Below the pieces are notes generated by a model. That model had not been told where the DNA came from. It saw only the letters and a program-made list of their open reading frames with translations, and made no database searches. 64,000 nt of DNA from a virus (Duplodnaviria; Caudoviricetes), in the IMG/VR virus record IMGVR_UViG_3300021400_000130, positions 64,001-128,000 of that record; one strand, written 5' to 3'. This document shows positions 19,101 through 28,900 of the stretch, piece after piece (the first letter of the stretch is position 1; each line of letters starts with the position of its first letter). Position numbers and translations under genes: made by a program.

Positions 19101-22100
19101 TCCTCTGTTATGTATGCTACTTCTAGCAACGGCTCAACAGCTCCAGAAACAGGTTGGCAGCCTACTGTACCAACAGTGTCACAAGGAGAATATCTGTGGA
19201 CTAGAACAATAACAACATATTCAGATAGTACTTCTTCAACATCTTATTCTGTTAGCCGTAATGCTATTAACGGAACTAACGGAACAAATGGTCTAAATAA
19301 TGCCATTGTTTATCTATATAAAAGAAGTAGTAGTGCCGCAACAATTGACTGGACTAATACTTTAACATACAACTTTAGTAATAAATCTTTAACTTCTACA
19401 CCTACTGGGTGGAGTCAGACAGTTCCTACAGGGACAGCTCCTGTATACATAACAGCAGCTACTGCATCTTCAAATACAAATACAGACACTATTGCATATA
19501 CTGAATGGTCTACACCAGTAGTATTTGCTCAGAACGGTACAAATGGTACGGACGGTATGAATACAGCTACTGTATTCTTGTATAAGCGTGCAGAAAGTTC
19601 TTCAAGTCTTTCAAAGCCTTCAAGTAATTTGACATATACTTTCTCAACAGGTATACTATCAGGAACATTAGGCGGCTGGTCTCAAAAGATTCCCGCAACT
19701 GATGGTAATCCTTGTTTCGTCATTCAGGCTACTGCAGTAGGAACCGGAACAACAGATACAATATCTCCTTCCGAATGGAGTAATATAGTAGAGTTAGTTT
19801 CAGATGGTCAGGATGGAACAAATGGTGTCAGTATTACAGGAGTAACTGAATACTTCGCTACCAATAATTCTGATACAACTGCTCCTACTTCTGGTTGGAG
19901 TACAAGTTTCACAGCACCAACTGCGTCTGAAAAATATGTTTGGAATTATGAGAGAATAACATACTCTTCCGGTAATCCTACAGATACAACTCCGGCGATT
20001 ATTGGTATGTATTCAGCAGACGGTAACGATGGTCGTAGCATTACCGGTGTAGTGAATTACTATTTAGCTACAAATGCTGATAGTGGAGTTACAACATCAA
20101 CACCAGGATGGACTACAACAGTTCAGTCTGTTTCTTCTAGTAAAAAGTATTTATGGAATTATGAAGTTGTTAACTATGATTCTGGAAATCCTACAACAAC
20201 TACGCCTTGTATAGTTGGTGCATATGGAGATACAGGAGCAGCTGGAACAGATGGCCTTAACAACGCAGTTATATATCTATATAAGAGATCTTCCTCTGCA
20301 GCCACTGTAGATTGGACAAACACCTTAACATATACATTTGCAACACATACATTAGATACTATTCCTACAGGATGGAATCCTTCAATACCTAGTGGAACAG
20401 CTCCTCTGTACGTAACAGCTGCTACTGCTAGTTCAAATACAGGCACGGATACAATTGCTTATACAGAATGGGCAACACCCGTCATTCTTGCAGAAAACGG
20501 AGCTACTGGTAGTAACGGTGCAAATTCTGCTACAGTATTTCTCTATCAAAGAGCTAGTAGTTCATCTTCAATTAGTAAACCTTCTGGAGCATTAACATAT
20601 ACTTTTGCTACAGGAACACTTTCAGGAACATTAGGAAACTGGACTCAAACAATTCCTACAAGTGACGGTAATCCTTGCTTTGTTATACAAGCAACAGCTG
20701 TAAGTTCTACGGCTACAGATACGATACAAGCATCTGAGTGGAGCAATATTGTTGAGCTTGTTTCCGACGGAACAGATGGATCTCCTGGTACGAATGGACT
20801 AAACAACGCTATTGTATATCTTTATAAAAGATCTTCAACAGCAGCAACAATTGATTGGACTTCTACATTAACATATGATTTTACAAATAAGTCCTTAACT
20901 TCAACACCAGCAGGATGGTCGGAAACAATTCCTTCTGGAAGCAATCCGATATATGTTACTGCTGCATCCGCATCGTCAAATACAAATACTGATACGATCT
21001 TATACACTGAATGGTCTCAGCCTGTAGTACTTGCACAGAATGGTGCAAATGGTCGTAGTATTACAAATGTAACTAACTACTATTTAGCTACAGATCAAGA
21101 TTCAGGTGTTACAAGATCTACTACCGGTTGGACAACAACAATTCAAAATGTTACAAGTACAAATAAGTATCTTTGGAACTATGAAGAAATAACATATAGT
21201 TCTGGAAATCCAACTTATACTGACCCATGTATTATCGGGGCTTATGGTGATAATGGTCAAACCGGTGTAGGTATTTCAAGCATATTAGAATATTATGCTT
21301 TAAGTACAACTACAACAAGACCTACAAGTGGATGGTCGACAGAACTTCCTTCTATGGATTCTGTTAATAGATATTTGTGGAATTATTCAGTTATTACATA
21401 TACAGATGGATCAAGCTCTGGAACACAATCCGATGCTTTAATAATAGGTGTGTATGGAGAAAGTACTCTGTCTCTTGAGATACAATCCGATAATGGAACA
21501 CTGTTTAATTCTAAGACATTATCTACAACACTATCCGCTGTTGTATATTTAGGAGTAAGTCAACTTACTGTAAATAGTAATGGATCCGTTGTTAGTGGCT
21601 CAACTTCTATTGGTCAGATTAACTGGTTTGCTAAAGAAAGACTTATTGGAAACGGAGAAGCAACTACATATGATCTAGGTCTTGATATATATGATCACAC
21701 TGGAAGTCCAAACATTCAAGTAACAATAGATGATGTAGTTACTACTGCTTTTACAGTTGTTGATGAAAATACTATTTCGTTTAATACTGCTCCTGCTGCT
21801 CAAAGTGTTGTTATTATTCAGTACTTAACTTCGACCAGCGGAACATTAGTTATAAATAGAACAGATGTTAGAAATCAGTTGCTTATAACATGTAAATTGA
21901 TTTCTGGAGCAGAAACACTTAGTATATCGGAAGTTACCATTAAAGATCTGAATGACGCAACTTCTTTACAGAGTTGGTATATGTTAACTGTTCCTGATGC
22001 TCAGTTTATATCTTTACCAACAGTTATATATAATTCTTCTGATTATACAGTTACACCGACAGGATCTTATTCATATCAGACATTAGATCCTGATACTCAT

Positions 22101-22703
22101 ACATATACCGAGCACACTGCAACATTTACTTGGGATAGTGTTGCTCCTTCAGTTGATACACAGACTGCATCAAACATTACTTGTGTCTGCTATTCATTCC
22201 AAATGATTATTTTCTACGACAACAGTTGTTCAGCTGGTACAGTAGAACGTAATGCAACATTTGATTCTGCAGTAAGTGCTTATCATCAAGCACAGAGCGC
22301 AAGTAATGCAGCTAACCAAGCTCAATCTACTGCTAATGAGGCAGCAGATGGAGTTCAGTCCAACTCTAATAAAATAACAGGAATACAATCAACATTAACT
22401 GCCATTGACGGAACACTAGCATCAAAACTAGACACAGTAGTGTTCCAGCCTTATCAAGAAAACATTGATTCCTTCATACAGTTTGATATACCTCAGAGTA
22501 CAATGACTCTAGGTAGAGGTAACTTCAAACAGCAGTTGTCCGCAACTAAGAATAGCTTTATGGAAGGCTCAACAGAAGTTGCTTATATTTCTAACCAGGA
22601 ATTGTATATAAATAATACGACAGTTAATAATCAATTATCACTAGATCAAGAATGGGTAATAACCTTTGACAGTACAAACGGATTAATAATTAAACACTTC
22701 TAA
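16140..22703 (+). CDS. Giant spike/tail-fibre (host-specificity) protein with N-terminal gp5/gpV-like OB domain and 21 tandem repeats
   Basis: N-terminal KVRIP...YQEGDLVLVEFENDNISLPVIIG; repeats joined by G-x-x-G linkers; C-terminal coiled coil and VAYISNQELYI. Confidence 0.8.
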   Translation: MLQKAIIEQKIDKYSMKVRIPVYNKIKSDPTATPTDELYTAIIQTLPGCSPVYQEGDLVLVEFENDNISLPVIIGLLFRQNMPESSTDINADSLKVNVNTNLTENTLIGSVTPEAIKKLNDKYTNNVKRVVVEYSLSNYEDHYDQFSQWSEQAPQFWPGKFMWQRTTVTYENDLTTRSMTCIQGAKGDPGSGITITDTYVKYAINNSGTTHPSTSAQNVWYTNPPQTTDVNPYLWSWTYVLYSDGTSTNTFNVARTSANSIIVYLYKRSASDITHIDWSQTLTYDFDTKQFVALPTGWSSDIPAGNDPIYMTAATVSSVESQGDITSSSWSTPILFTKSGFNSKTIQLYKRSATTPSAPTTSVVYTFSTGGLSPASPDGWSLGIPTADGNPCYVVQATAISYEGTDTITSGEWSTPTVIVQDGNSDYIDQPVVDWYKATTNTTTPTTPTTDIEIASEWTTLGWTNDISSITLSETNKYLWNAEVTHYSISGYVKTNAHIITIYAESGAGILSSTIYYFVDTQGSTPPSDSAAWSTTFPSSIQQGQYLWTKTVTQYTDTTIPDSVAYSVSRDGETGSDGKGITSIVQYYAINNSDTNPPAPGSSDWETTPMNPTSEKRYLWSYQRISYTTGNPTITTPHVISMYVEDGAAGSNAATVFLYQRAETSSSLNKPATDLTYTFSTGLLSGNLNGWSQTIPATDGNPCFVIQATAISTGTTDIIQSSEWSSIVKLIEDGQNGTGITSSAVSYAISSSGSTVPESGWSPTFPSNIQQGDYLWTRTITDYSDGTSSTSYSVSRDGTNGTNGTNGLNNAVVYLYKRSDSVALVDWTTTLTYNFSNKALNSVPTGWSESVPSGTYPIYVTAATASSRTNTDTIPYTEWSGPVILAENGNNGTDGLNTATVFLYQRAANASSLNKPSSNLTYTFSTGVLSGTLGNWSQTFPPVSGNPCFVIQATAISNTSTDIIEASEWSDITKIVEDGEDGVGITSSSVMYATSSNGSTAPETGWQPTVPTVSQGEYLWTRTITTYSDSTSSTSYSVSRNAINGTNGTNGLNNAIVYLYKRSSSAATIDWTNTLTYNFSNKSLTSTPTGWSQTVPTGTAPVYITAATASSNTNTDTIAYTEWSTPVVFAQNGTNGTDGMNTATVFLYKRAESSSSLSKPSSNLTYTFSTGILSGTLGGWSQKIPATDGNPCFVIQATAVGTGTTDTISPSEWSNIVELVSDGQDGTNGVSITGVTEYFATNNSDTTAPTSGWSTSFTAPTASEKYVWNYERITYSSGNPTDTTPAIIGMYSADGNDGRSITGVVNYYLATNADSGVTTSTPGWTTTVQSVSSSKKYLWNYEVVNYDSGNPTTTTPCIVGAYGDTGAAGTDGLNNAVIYLYKRSSSAATVDWTNTLTYTFATHTLDTIPTGWNPSIPSGTAPLYVTAATASSNTGTDTIAYTEWATPVILAENGATGSNGANSATVFLYQRASSSSSISKPSGALTYTFATGTLSGTLGNWTQTIPTSDGNPCFVIQATAVSSTATDTIQASEWSNIVELVSDGTDGSPGTNGLNNAIVYLYKRSSTAATIDWTSTLTYDFTNKSLTSTPAGWSETIPSGSNPIYVTAASASSNTNTDTILYTEWSQPVVLAQNGANGRSITNVTNYYLATDQDSGVTRSTTGWTTTIQNVTSTNKYLWNYEEITYSSGNPTYTDPCIIGAYGDNGQTGVGISSILEYYALSTTTTRPTSGWSTELPSMDSVNRYLWNYSVITYTDGSSSGTQSDALIIGVYGESTLSLEIQSDNGTLFNSKTLSTTLSAVVYLGVSQLTVNSNGSVVSGSTSIGQINWFAKERLIGNGEATTYDLGLDIYDHTGSPNIQVTIDDVVTTAFTVVDENTISFNTAPAAQSVVIIQYLTSTSGTLVINRTDVRNQLLITCKLISGAETLSISEVTIKDLNDATSLQSWYMLTVPDAQFISLPTVIYNSSDYTVTPTGSYSYQTLDPDTHTYTEHTATFTWDSVAPSVDTQTASNITCVCYSFQMIIFYDNSCSAGTVERNATFDSAVSAYHQAQSASNAANQAQSTANEAADGVQSNSNKITGIQSTLTAIDGTLASKLDTVVFQPYQENIDSFIQFDIPQSTMTLGRGNFKQQLSATKNSFMEGSTEVAYISNQELYINNTTVNNQLSLDQEWVITFDSTNGLIIKHF
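16515..21460 (+). repeat. Array of three types of protein-coding repeat within the fibre gene (approximate bounds)
   Basis: 5x VYLYKRS..DW type, 5x TVFLYQRA..GNPCF type, 11x YLW type, counted in the translation. Confidence 0.85.
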
Positions 22704-22729
22704 TATAGATTTTATGAGGTATTGAGTTT

Positions 22730-24364
22730 ATGAGTAGCGTTTCAATGACATACTATAAATATAGAGCCGGAGGTAACAACTCTTGGAATACAGATGTTGC
22801 AAACCTTACAGGCCCATATGTTTATGGTTATACAACTGGTAGCGTACTGTACGGAACACTTTATCGTCTAAGTGTAACGGTTCCGTCAGGTTATACACTA
22901 ACTAGATTAGCTTTTAACATACCTCGTATGAGAGCACTGAGTAACAGCGGCTCTACTAATCTATATGCTGTTGTTTACGATCATGACCCATCTGACGAGT
23001 TTATAGGAGCAAGTGCCTCGTCTAACTATTCATGGCGAGGCTACGCCTCTGTTTCTGTAAGTAGTAATGGACCAGATAACACTAAAGTATATGTAAATAC
23101 AAGTATTCCTTCTACGGGTACTTATTATGTATTCTTCTCCGCAACAGACGGAGGGTCAATACAACCTTACTTCAATCTTACTTTACAATCTACTCAGCTG
23201 TCATGCTCTGCAACTGATACAAAAAATGCTACACCTGCAACAAATGTTACTGTGTCAAGTTCAATGGTAATGAACAGTTCAACATCAATATCTTGGACTC
23301 CATTTACATCTGGATATACATATAAATTAACTTACAAGTTTACAGGCCAATCTTCAGAAACAACGATTGTGTCTTCTACTTCAAGTTCTTCTTATTCATG
23401 GACTCCTCCAGTTAGTTTGGGAAATAATATTCCAAATAGTGATTCAGGAACCTTAACAATATATGTATATTCATATGAAGGTGGAAGTCAGATAGGAAGT
23501 AAATGTTCTGGTAGCTTCTCACTTACAATACCGTCTTCAGGAAGAAGTCCTATTTGTGCTTCTGGGTGGGCTTCAGCGTCATATACAGCTGTTGCTAATC
23601 ACTGTGTTGCTGGATATAGCTCAATAAATGTAACATTAGATAGTACAAAGGTCTCCGGAGCATATGGAGCAACAATCAGCTCAATTGTAGCAACATGTAA
23701 TTCTCAAAGTGTTACTACAAGTGGGTCTTTAGGAAAAGCTTTACAAGGAAACAATGTAGTTTCAGTTGTTGCAACAGACTCAAGAGGCTATACTACAACA
23801 TATAGTCAAACAATTGTAGGAGAAGCCTATTCTCCTCCTTCTTTTGACTCTCTTCTTCTTATAAGATGTAATAGCTCTGGAACAGAAGATCAGAGTGGAA
23901 CTTATTATGCAGTTACTCCAAGTGTAAACTATACAGCATATAGTGGAGATAATAGTTTAACTATTAAAACTAGATGGAAAGTTGTAGATGGTACTTATAG
24001 TTCTCCCGTAACTATTTCTAACAATGTTAAATCTTCTGCTCAAGGCGGAGGAAATATATCTACTTCATATTCATATCTTGTTGAAGTTTCTGCATACGAT
24101 ACTGTTATAACATCAAGTAATCCAACAGTATTAACACGAAGGTTAGCAAACTCTACCGTTGATGCTACACTTAATTTAAGACCTACAGGTCTTGGGGCAG
24201 CATTTTTCGGATTGTCAACTGCTGATAATGAATTACAAGTATATGGAAATGTTAAGATTACTAACTCGGGAAAACTTATATTAGACCCCAGTATGTACGG
24301 AACTGCTGATCCTTCAACAAGTGGAGCAGTTATTGGTCAGATATATTTAAAACTGATTGACTAA
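22730..24364 (+). CDS. Tail protein with siphophage DUF859-like domain
   Basis: YSWTPP...IPNSDSGT, VATDSRG, AYSPPSF...RCNSSG motifs typical of DUF859 proteins. Confidence 0.65.
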   Translation: MSSVSMTYYKYRAGGNNSWNTDVANLTGPYVYGYTTGSVLYGTLYRLSVTVPSGYTLTRLAFNIPRMRALSNSGSTNLYAVVYDHDPSDEFIGASASSNYSWRGYASVSVSSNGPDNTKVYVNTSIPSTGTYYVFFSATDGGSIQPYFNLTLQSTQLSCSATDTKNATPATNVTVSSSMVMNSSTSISWTPFTSGYTYKLTYKFTGQSSETTIVSSTSSSSYSWTPPVSLGNNIPNSDSGTLTIYVYSYEGGSQIGSKCSGSFSLTIPSSGRSPICASGWASASYTAVANHCVAGYSSINVTLDSTKVSGAYGATISSIVATCNSQSVTTSGSLGKALQGNNVVSVVATDSRGYTTTYSQTIVGEAYSPPSFDSLLLIRCNSSGTEDQSGTYYAVTPSVNYTAYSGDNSLTIKTRWKVVDGTYSSPVTISNNVKSSAQGGGNISTSYSYLVEVSAYDTVITSSNPTVLTRRLANSTVDATLNLRPTGLGAAFFGLSTADNELQVYGNVKITNSGKLILDPSMYGTADPSTSGAVIGQIYLKLID

Positions 24365-24377
24365 TTGGTGATAAAAG

Positions 24378-25538
24378 ATGACAATTACAATAAATACAGG
24401 TAAAATAGGTTCTGGTCCTTCTATAACTTGGACAATAAGTTGGGATGGTAGCGGTACTTCATTTTCTATCACAGGCACAAAAAATGCAGATGGTGCTCTT
24501 TATAATTCAAACCAGAGTGCTGGATGGACATGCTATGTTGGGTTTGAAGGAGGAAGCTCCTCTAGCGTATTCTTCTACTCAAAGAACATAGGTTTTTCTA
24601 ACGGTGGTTCAAGCCAATCAAAGTCGTACACGGTATCAACAACAATTTCTAACAGACCCGAATCAGGTACGATGTATTTCTATACTACCAGTAGCTCATT
24701 TGGTAGTAGTGGTGTTATTTCTTACTCTAATAGAAAGCAAGCAACATTCTACAAAGTTACTGCACAAGACAGAGTAGGAAGTTCTTCAGGAACTCTTCTA
24801 GGTAGCGGATGGGAAAGAGTTCCGTCTGGTACAACTAGAACTGGTCGTCAAGTAAGAAGCGCTTCATATACAGGGTATACTTATTCCTCAACAACTTCCG
24901 CAACAATATATTCTAATACAACACTCTATAACTACTTTACAGGGAATTCAGTTCAAGTTAACTACTATAAAAATGATTCTGCTGGAACTGTAACAAACAT
25001 GCCTTCTAATGGTACTGTTAATTATGGATCTCCTATTAGCTCAACCGTTCCTGTAAACACATATAAAGTTACCTTTAATGCTAACGGAGGAAGTTCTTCT
25101 ACTACATCTCTTAATTCAACAAGAGCATTTTCAACCTGGAACACTTCTTCTAATGGTTCTGGTACAAACTATGCTGCTGGCGCTACAATGAATTCAACAT
25201 CAACTTTATCATTGTATGCACAATGGGGAAATGCTTCATCAATAACACTTCCTACAGCAACGAGGACAGCATATCGTTTCATGGGGTGGAATACATCTTC
25301 CACAGCAACTACCGGAATGACAGGAAGTTATACTCCTTCAGGAAATGTAACACTATATGCAATATGGCAAGCTAACGGAGTGATAAGAGTATATAACAGT
25401 TCAGGATCTTTTCATTCATACGCCGTTTGGATATACCTAGGGGATAACGGAGGACCAAATAGAAACGGTTGGCATCACGCCATGCCAAAAGTATATTGTA
25501 CTATAAATGGTAGTACAAAATATCACACAGCAGGATAA
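24378..25538 (+). CDS. Tail/adhesin protein with InlB B-repeat (Flg_new)-like domains
   Basis: YKVTFNANGG...F..WNT...LYAQW and RFMGWNT...TLYAIW. Confidence 0.65.
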   Translation: MTITINTGKIGSGPSITWTISWDGSGTSFSITGTKNADGALYNSNQSAGWTCYVGFEGGSSSSVFFYSKNIGFSNGGSSQSKSYTVSTTISNRPESGTMYFYTTSSSFGSSGVISYSNRKQATFYKVTAQDRVGSSSGTLLGSGWERVPSGTTRTGRQVRSASYTGYTYSSTTSATIYSNTTLYNYFTGNSVQVNYYKNDSAGTVTNMPSNGTVNYGSPISSTVPVNTYKVTFNANGGSSSTTSLNSTRAFSTWNTSSNGSGTNYAAGATMNSTSTLSLYAQWGNASSITLPTATRTAYRFMGWNTSSTATTGMTGSYTPSGNVTLYAIWQANGVIRVYNSSGSFHSYAVWIYLGDNGGPNRNGWHHAMPKVYCTINGSTKYHTAG

Positions 25539-25587
25539 TAAAAAATACTGTATATATATTTATTAACAGTAGGATGAGGAAAAATAT

Positions 25588-25965
25588 ATGGCAATATATT
25601 CATTAGCTTTCCCTAATATGTTTTCAAGTGAGAAAGTAAATATATATAAAGACAAAGAAGCCACAAAGACAAATTTAAAATTACTGTTATCAACTGAGGT
25701 AACTTCTTTGTTTGGAGACCCCGGTTACGGTAGCAGACTAATGCAAACAATCTATTCACAGAATAATATGATTCTTCGGGATCTAGTTATAGATGAAATA
25801 TATACATGTATAAAGACGTATATGCCTCAGATAATTGTTGAAAGAAAAAATATTGTAATTGTTGCTGATGACGATGCTTTATACGCAGAGATAAAAGCAG
25901 TGAGCACATCTGATTATAGTATTGACTTATATAGGATACGGTTAATTGACACAGATGAAATCTAA
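25588..25965 (+). CDS. Baseplate wedge / sheath initiator (gp25-like)
   Basis: NLKLLLST...LFGDPGYGSRL motif. Confidence 0.8.
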   Translation: MAIYSLAFPNMFSSEKVNIYKDKEATKTNLKLLLSTEVTSLFGDPGYGSRLMQTIYSQNNMILRDLVIDEIYTCIKTYMPQIIVERKNIVIVADDDALYAEIKAVSTSDYSIDLYRIRLIDTDEI

Positions 25966-25989
25966 GTAATAGAATTGGAGTATTAATAA

Positions 25990-28900
25990 ATGAGTGTACA
26001 AAATCCATTAGGCCCGATTAGCTATACTGATAAAGACTTTGAAAGTGTTTATGTAGAGTTACTAGATTTAGTTAAACAACTTACATATAAGTGGGACCCG
26101 TCTGTGTCAAACGAGTCAGACCCAGGTGTTATACTTTTAAAGTTGAATGCTATTATAGCAGACAAGATTAACTACAATATTGATAGTAATATTCTTGAAT
26201 GCTTCCCAGAGACTGTCTCACAGCTTCCTAATGCTCGTCAGTTATTTGCTCAACTTGGGTACAATATGAAGTGGTATCGGTCTGCTGGTACTATTGCTTC
26301 CTTAAAGTATATAGGAAATGAAACTAGTGTTCCTTCATATACTATCCCGAAGTTTACAATGATAACAGATAGCGAAAGAGAAATTATTTATTCTATCATC
26401 GGTTCGACTACAACAAATTCTACTGATGCTACTGTAAGTGATGTTCAATTACTGACTGATGGAACTGTTTCTTCTGTTCTTGTTATGGAAGGTGTTGCAA
26501 CTAACTATTCAATAAATGGTGAAACTAACATCAATGTTTCTCATCTTGACACAAAAAATAGATTGTATTTTGACACTAACATGGTAGCGGAGAATGGAGT
26601 ATTCATTACCAACTCTGACAACACAAATTATAATCAGTGGGTAAGAAAAGATAATCTGCTTGTTGAAGAGCCAGGTCAAACAATCTACAAATTTGGTGTT
26701 ACGAATGATGGTAACTACTGTTATCTAGAGTTCCCTGAGGATGCTGAGTTATTATTCAAGAATGGAATAAACATAACATACCTGAGAACTGACGGCCAAA
26801 GCGGAAATATTGCTGCCAATGTCTTGAATGATTTCTATTATTCATTTGCTCCTATTGAGGATACTTCCGTAACTATCAACTCTGACAATGTAAAAGTGAT
26901 GAACATCTACAGTGCTGTAGATGGTAGAGATCCAGAATCAATTGAAGATGGATATAAGAATTATAAAAGAGTCGTAGGAACATTTGATACTCTAGTTACA
27001 TTAAGAGACTATCTAAACTACGTCTTAACTTCTGAATTAGTTTCTAACGGATTTGTTTGTGATAGAACAAATGATTTGCAAGATACTTACAATATTGTTA
27101 CTCTAAATGATAGTATTATTTCTTCCGTACATGTGATTGAAAATGATGCACTACCAGGATACTTACATAATGGAGTATTCTATGCGGGAAAGATTGGAAG
27201 TATATACTATAATGAATATACAGAGGAAAAGATAGGAACATCTTACTGCTACGATTTAGATACTGGAAAGGTATATAATTTGGTTAACAGTTCATTTGAT
27301 GAAGTTGAAACTGTTCCAACCTTTGATGCTTTCTCATTGAAACTATACTTATTACAGTATATGCCGTCAGTAACAACAGCTGCTGGGCATCAATTAACAT
27401 TCAATATGTTAAGTAATACTCAACAAGATACTGTTAAAGATTATTTACAGGATGTTAAATCTTTACAGCATGATTTCAAGAACCTTGAGTCTCCTTCAAG
27501 TATTTCTTCTCACTTCTGTTTCTTTAAGAATAAGTTCCCTATTGACTGCAGAATAACTACACAGTACCCATTAAGTGCTGTAGAAGCAAATGATATGTTA
27601 GGAACTATAAAGAGAGCACTTTATAATAGATTAAGTTCAAAAGAAGTTGAGTTTGGGTCTGAAATAACATTAGAATATGTTAAAGAGATAGTAAAAAATT
27701 CTGATGCAAGAATTAAAGATGTGAATATGTCAAATATTCAGTTTACTACATATGCTGTTTATTATGATTCTTCATTAGAAGAAGGAACTTATCCTTTTGT
27801 TGAAGTAGAAATCAACACTCCAGAAGATGAAGTTAACATTGAGTATACATTTACAAATGATTCTGAAGCAGTAGTTGATTCTCAGACATTCATGCACAAA
27901 GCAGGTCAGATAAATTACGAGCCTATAAAATTTGTTTATAGTAATCCTAACTGGAAGATAAATAGTACAAATGTAAATATAACTGAGTATGGCATCTATT
28001 TTAGATATACCGAGTCATTCATGGCTACAGCGGGCCAGACACAATTTACTGTAAGTAACTCCATTAACAGAATTGAAAGTGTTCTCAGAAGTAAAGTAGA
28101 ACTATCCGGAGTAACATTTAGTGGTAGTACTGTTACACTTCCGTCTGCATCTTCAGTTGGAGCACCAGTTGTTATTACATATTGGTCATCAGATAATAGT
28201 GATCTTGTTACTGGCGATAGTATAACAGCTCGTATATCTTACAGAACGCAATTCAGAGACGAAATATTTGCAAAATCTGTTCTAGCAGGTAAGACTCCCC
28301 TGATTGTTTCTGGTAATAAATATACACATAGATTTGATCAAACATATAATTCAAACAGACCCAATACTTCAGAACAAGATAAGTATGAAATAAATGGTAT
28401 TAGTCATATTCAAACAAATGTAGATATTTCTGTTAGCAATCTTTCTAATGAGTATACTCTTCGTAATAATGAGAGTATTCAATTCTACTCTCCAAACTTA
28501 CTTGATATAACAAGTTATTCGAACTATGTCAAGTTTGAGTTCTATACACCGAACGCTTCTAGTAAAGTAATAAATGCTGATACTAATTATCAACTATTAC
28601 AGAATGAGTATTTATTCTTATATTGGAAAGACAGCGATAACCCTGATGCTTATTATAAGTTTGCTAGTTATGGTAAAGGACATATTATCTGCCCGACATT
28701 TGAACTAACTTCCAGCAACACTTCAGTTGGCGGAGCATATCTGCAAGCTGAAACTGATCTGAGTCCAGAAAATTATATAAGCACTGACAATCTAGGTTAC
28801 TTAGCGGATCTTTCAAGTCTTGTTAGCTTGAATGTAAACTCTGCGGCAAATATTCTTTCCGGTACAAAGACTATAACTGTAAAAGCAGTAAATGAAGTTA

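Noticed and set aside
16515-21460. Fibre repeats as a CRISPR array or DGR template/variable repeat pair
   Set aside because: They are in-frame protein repeats with mostly synonymous divergence. There are no identical DNA repeats, no adenine-specific pattern was noticed, and no reverse transcriptase is in the window.
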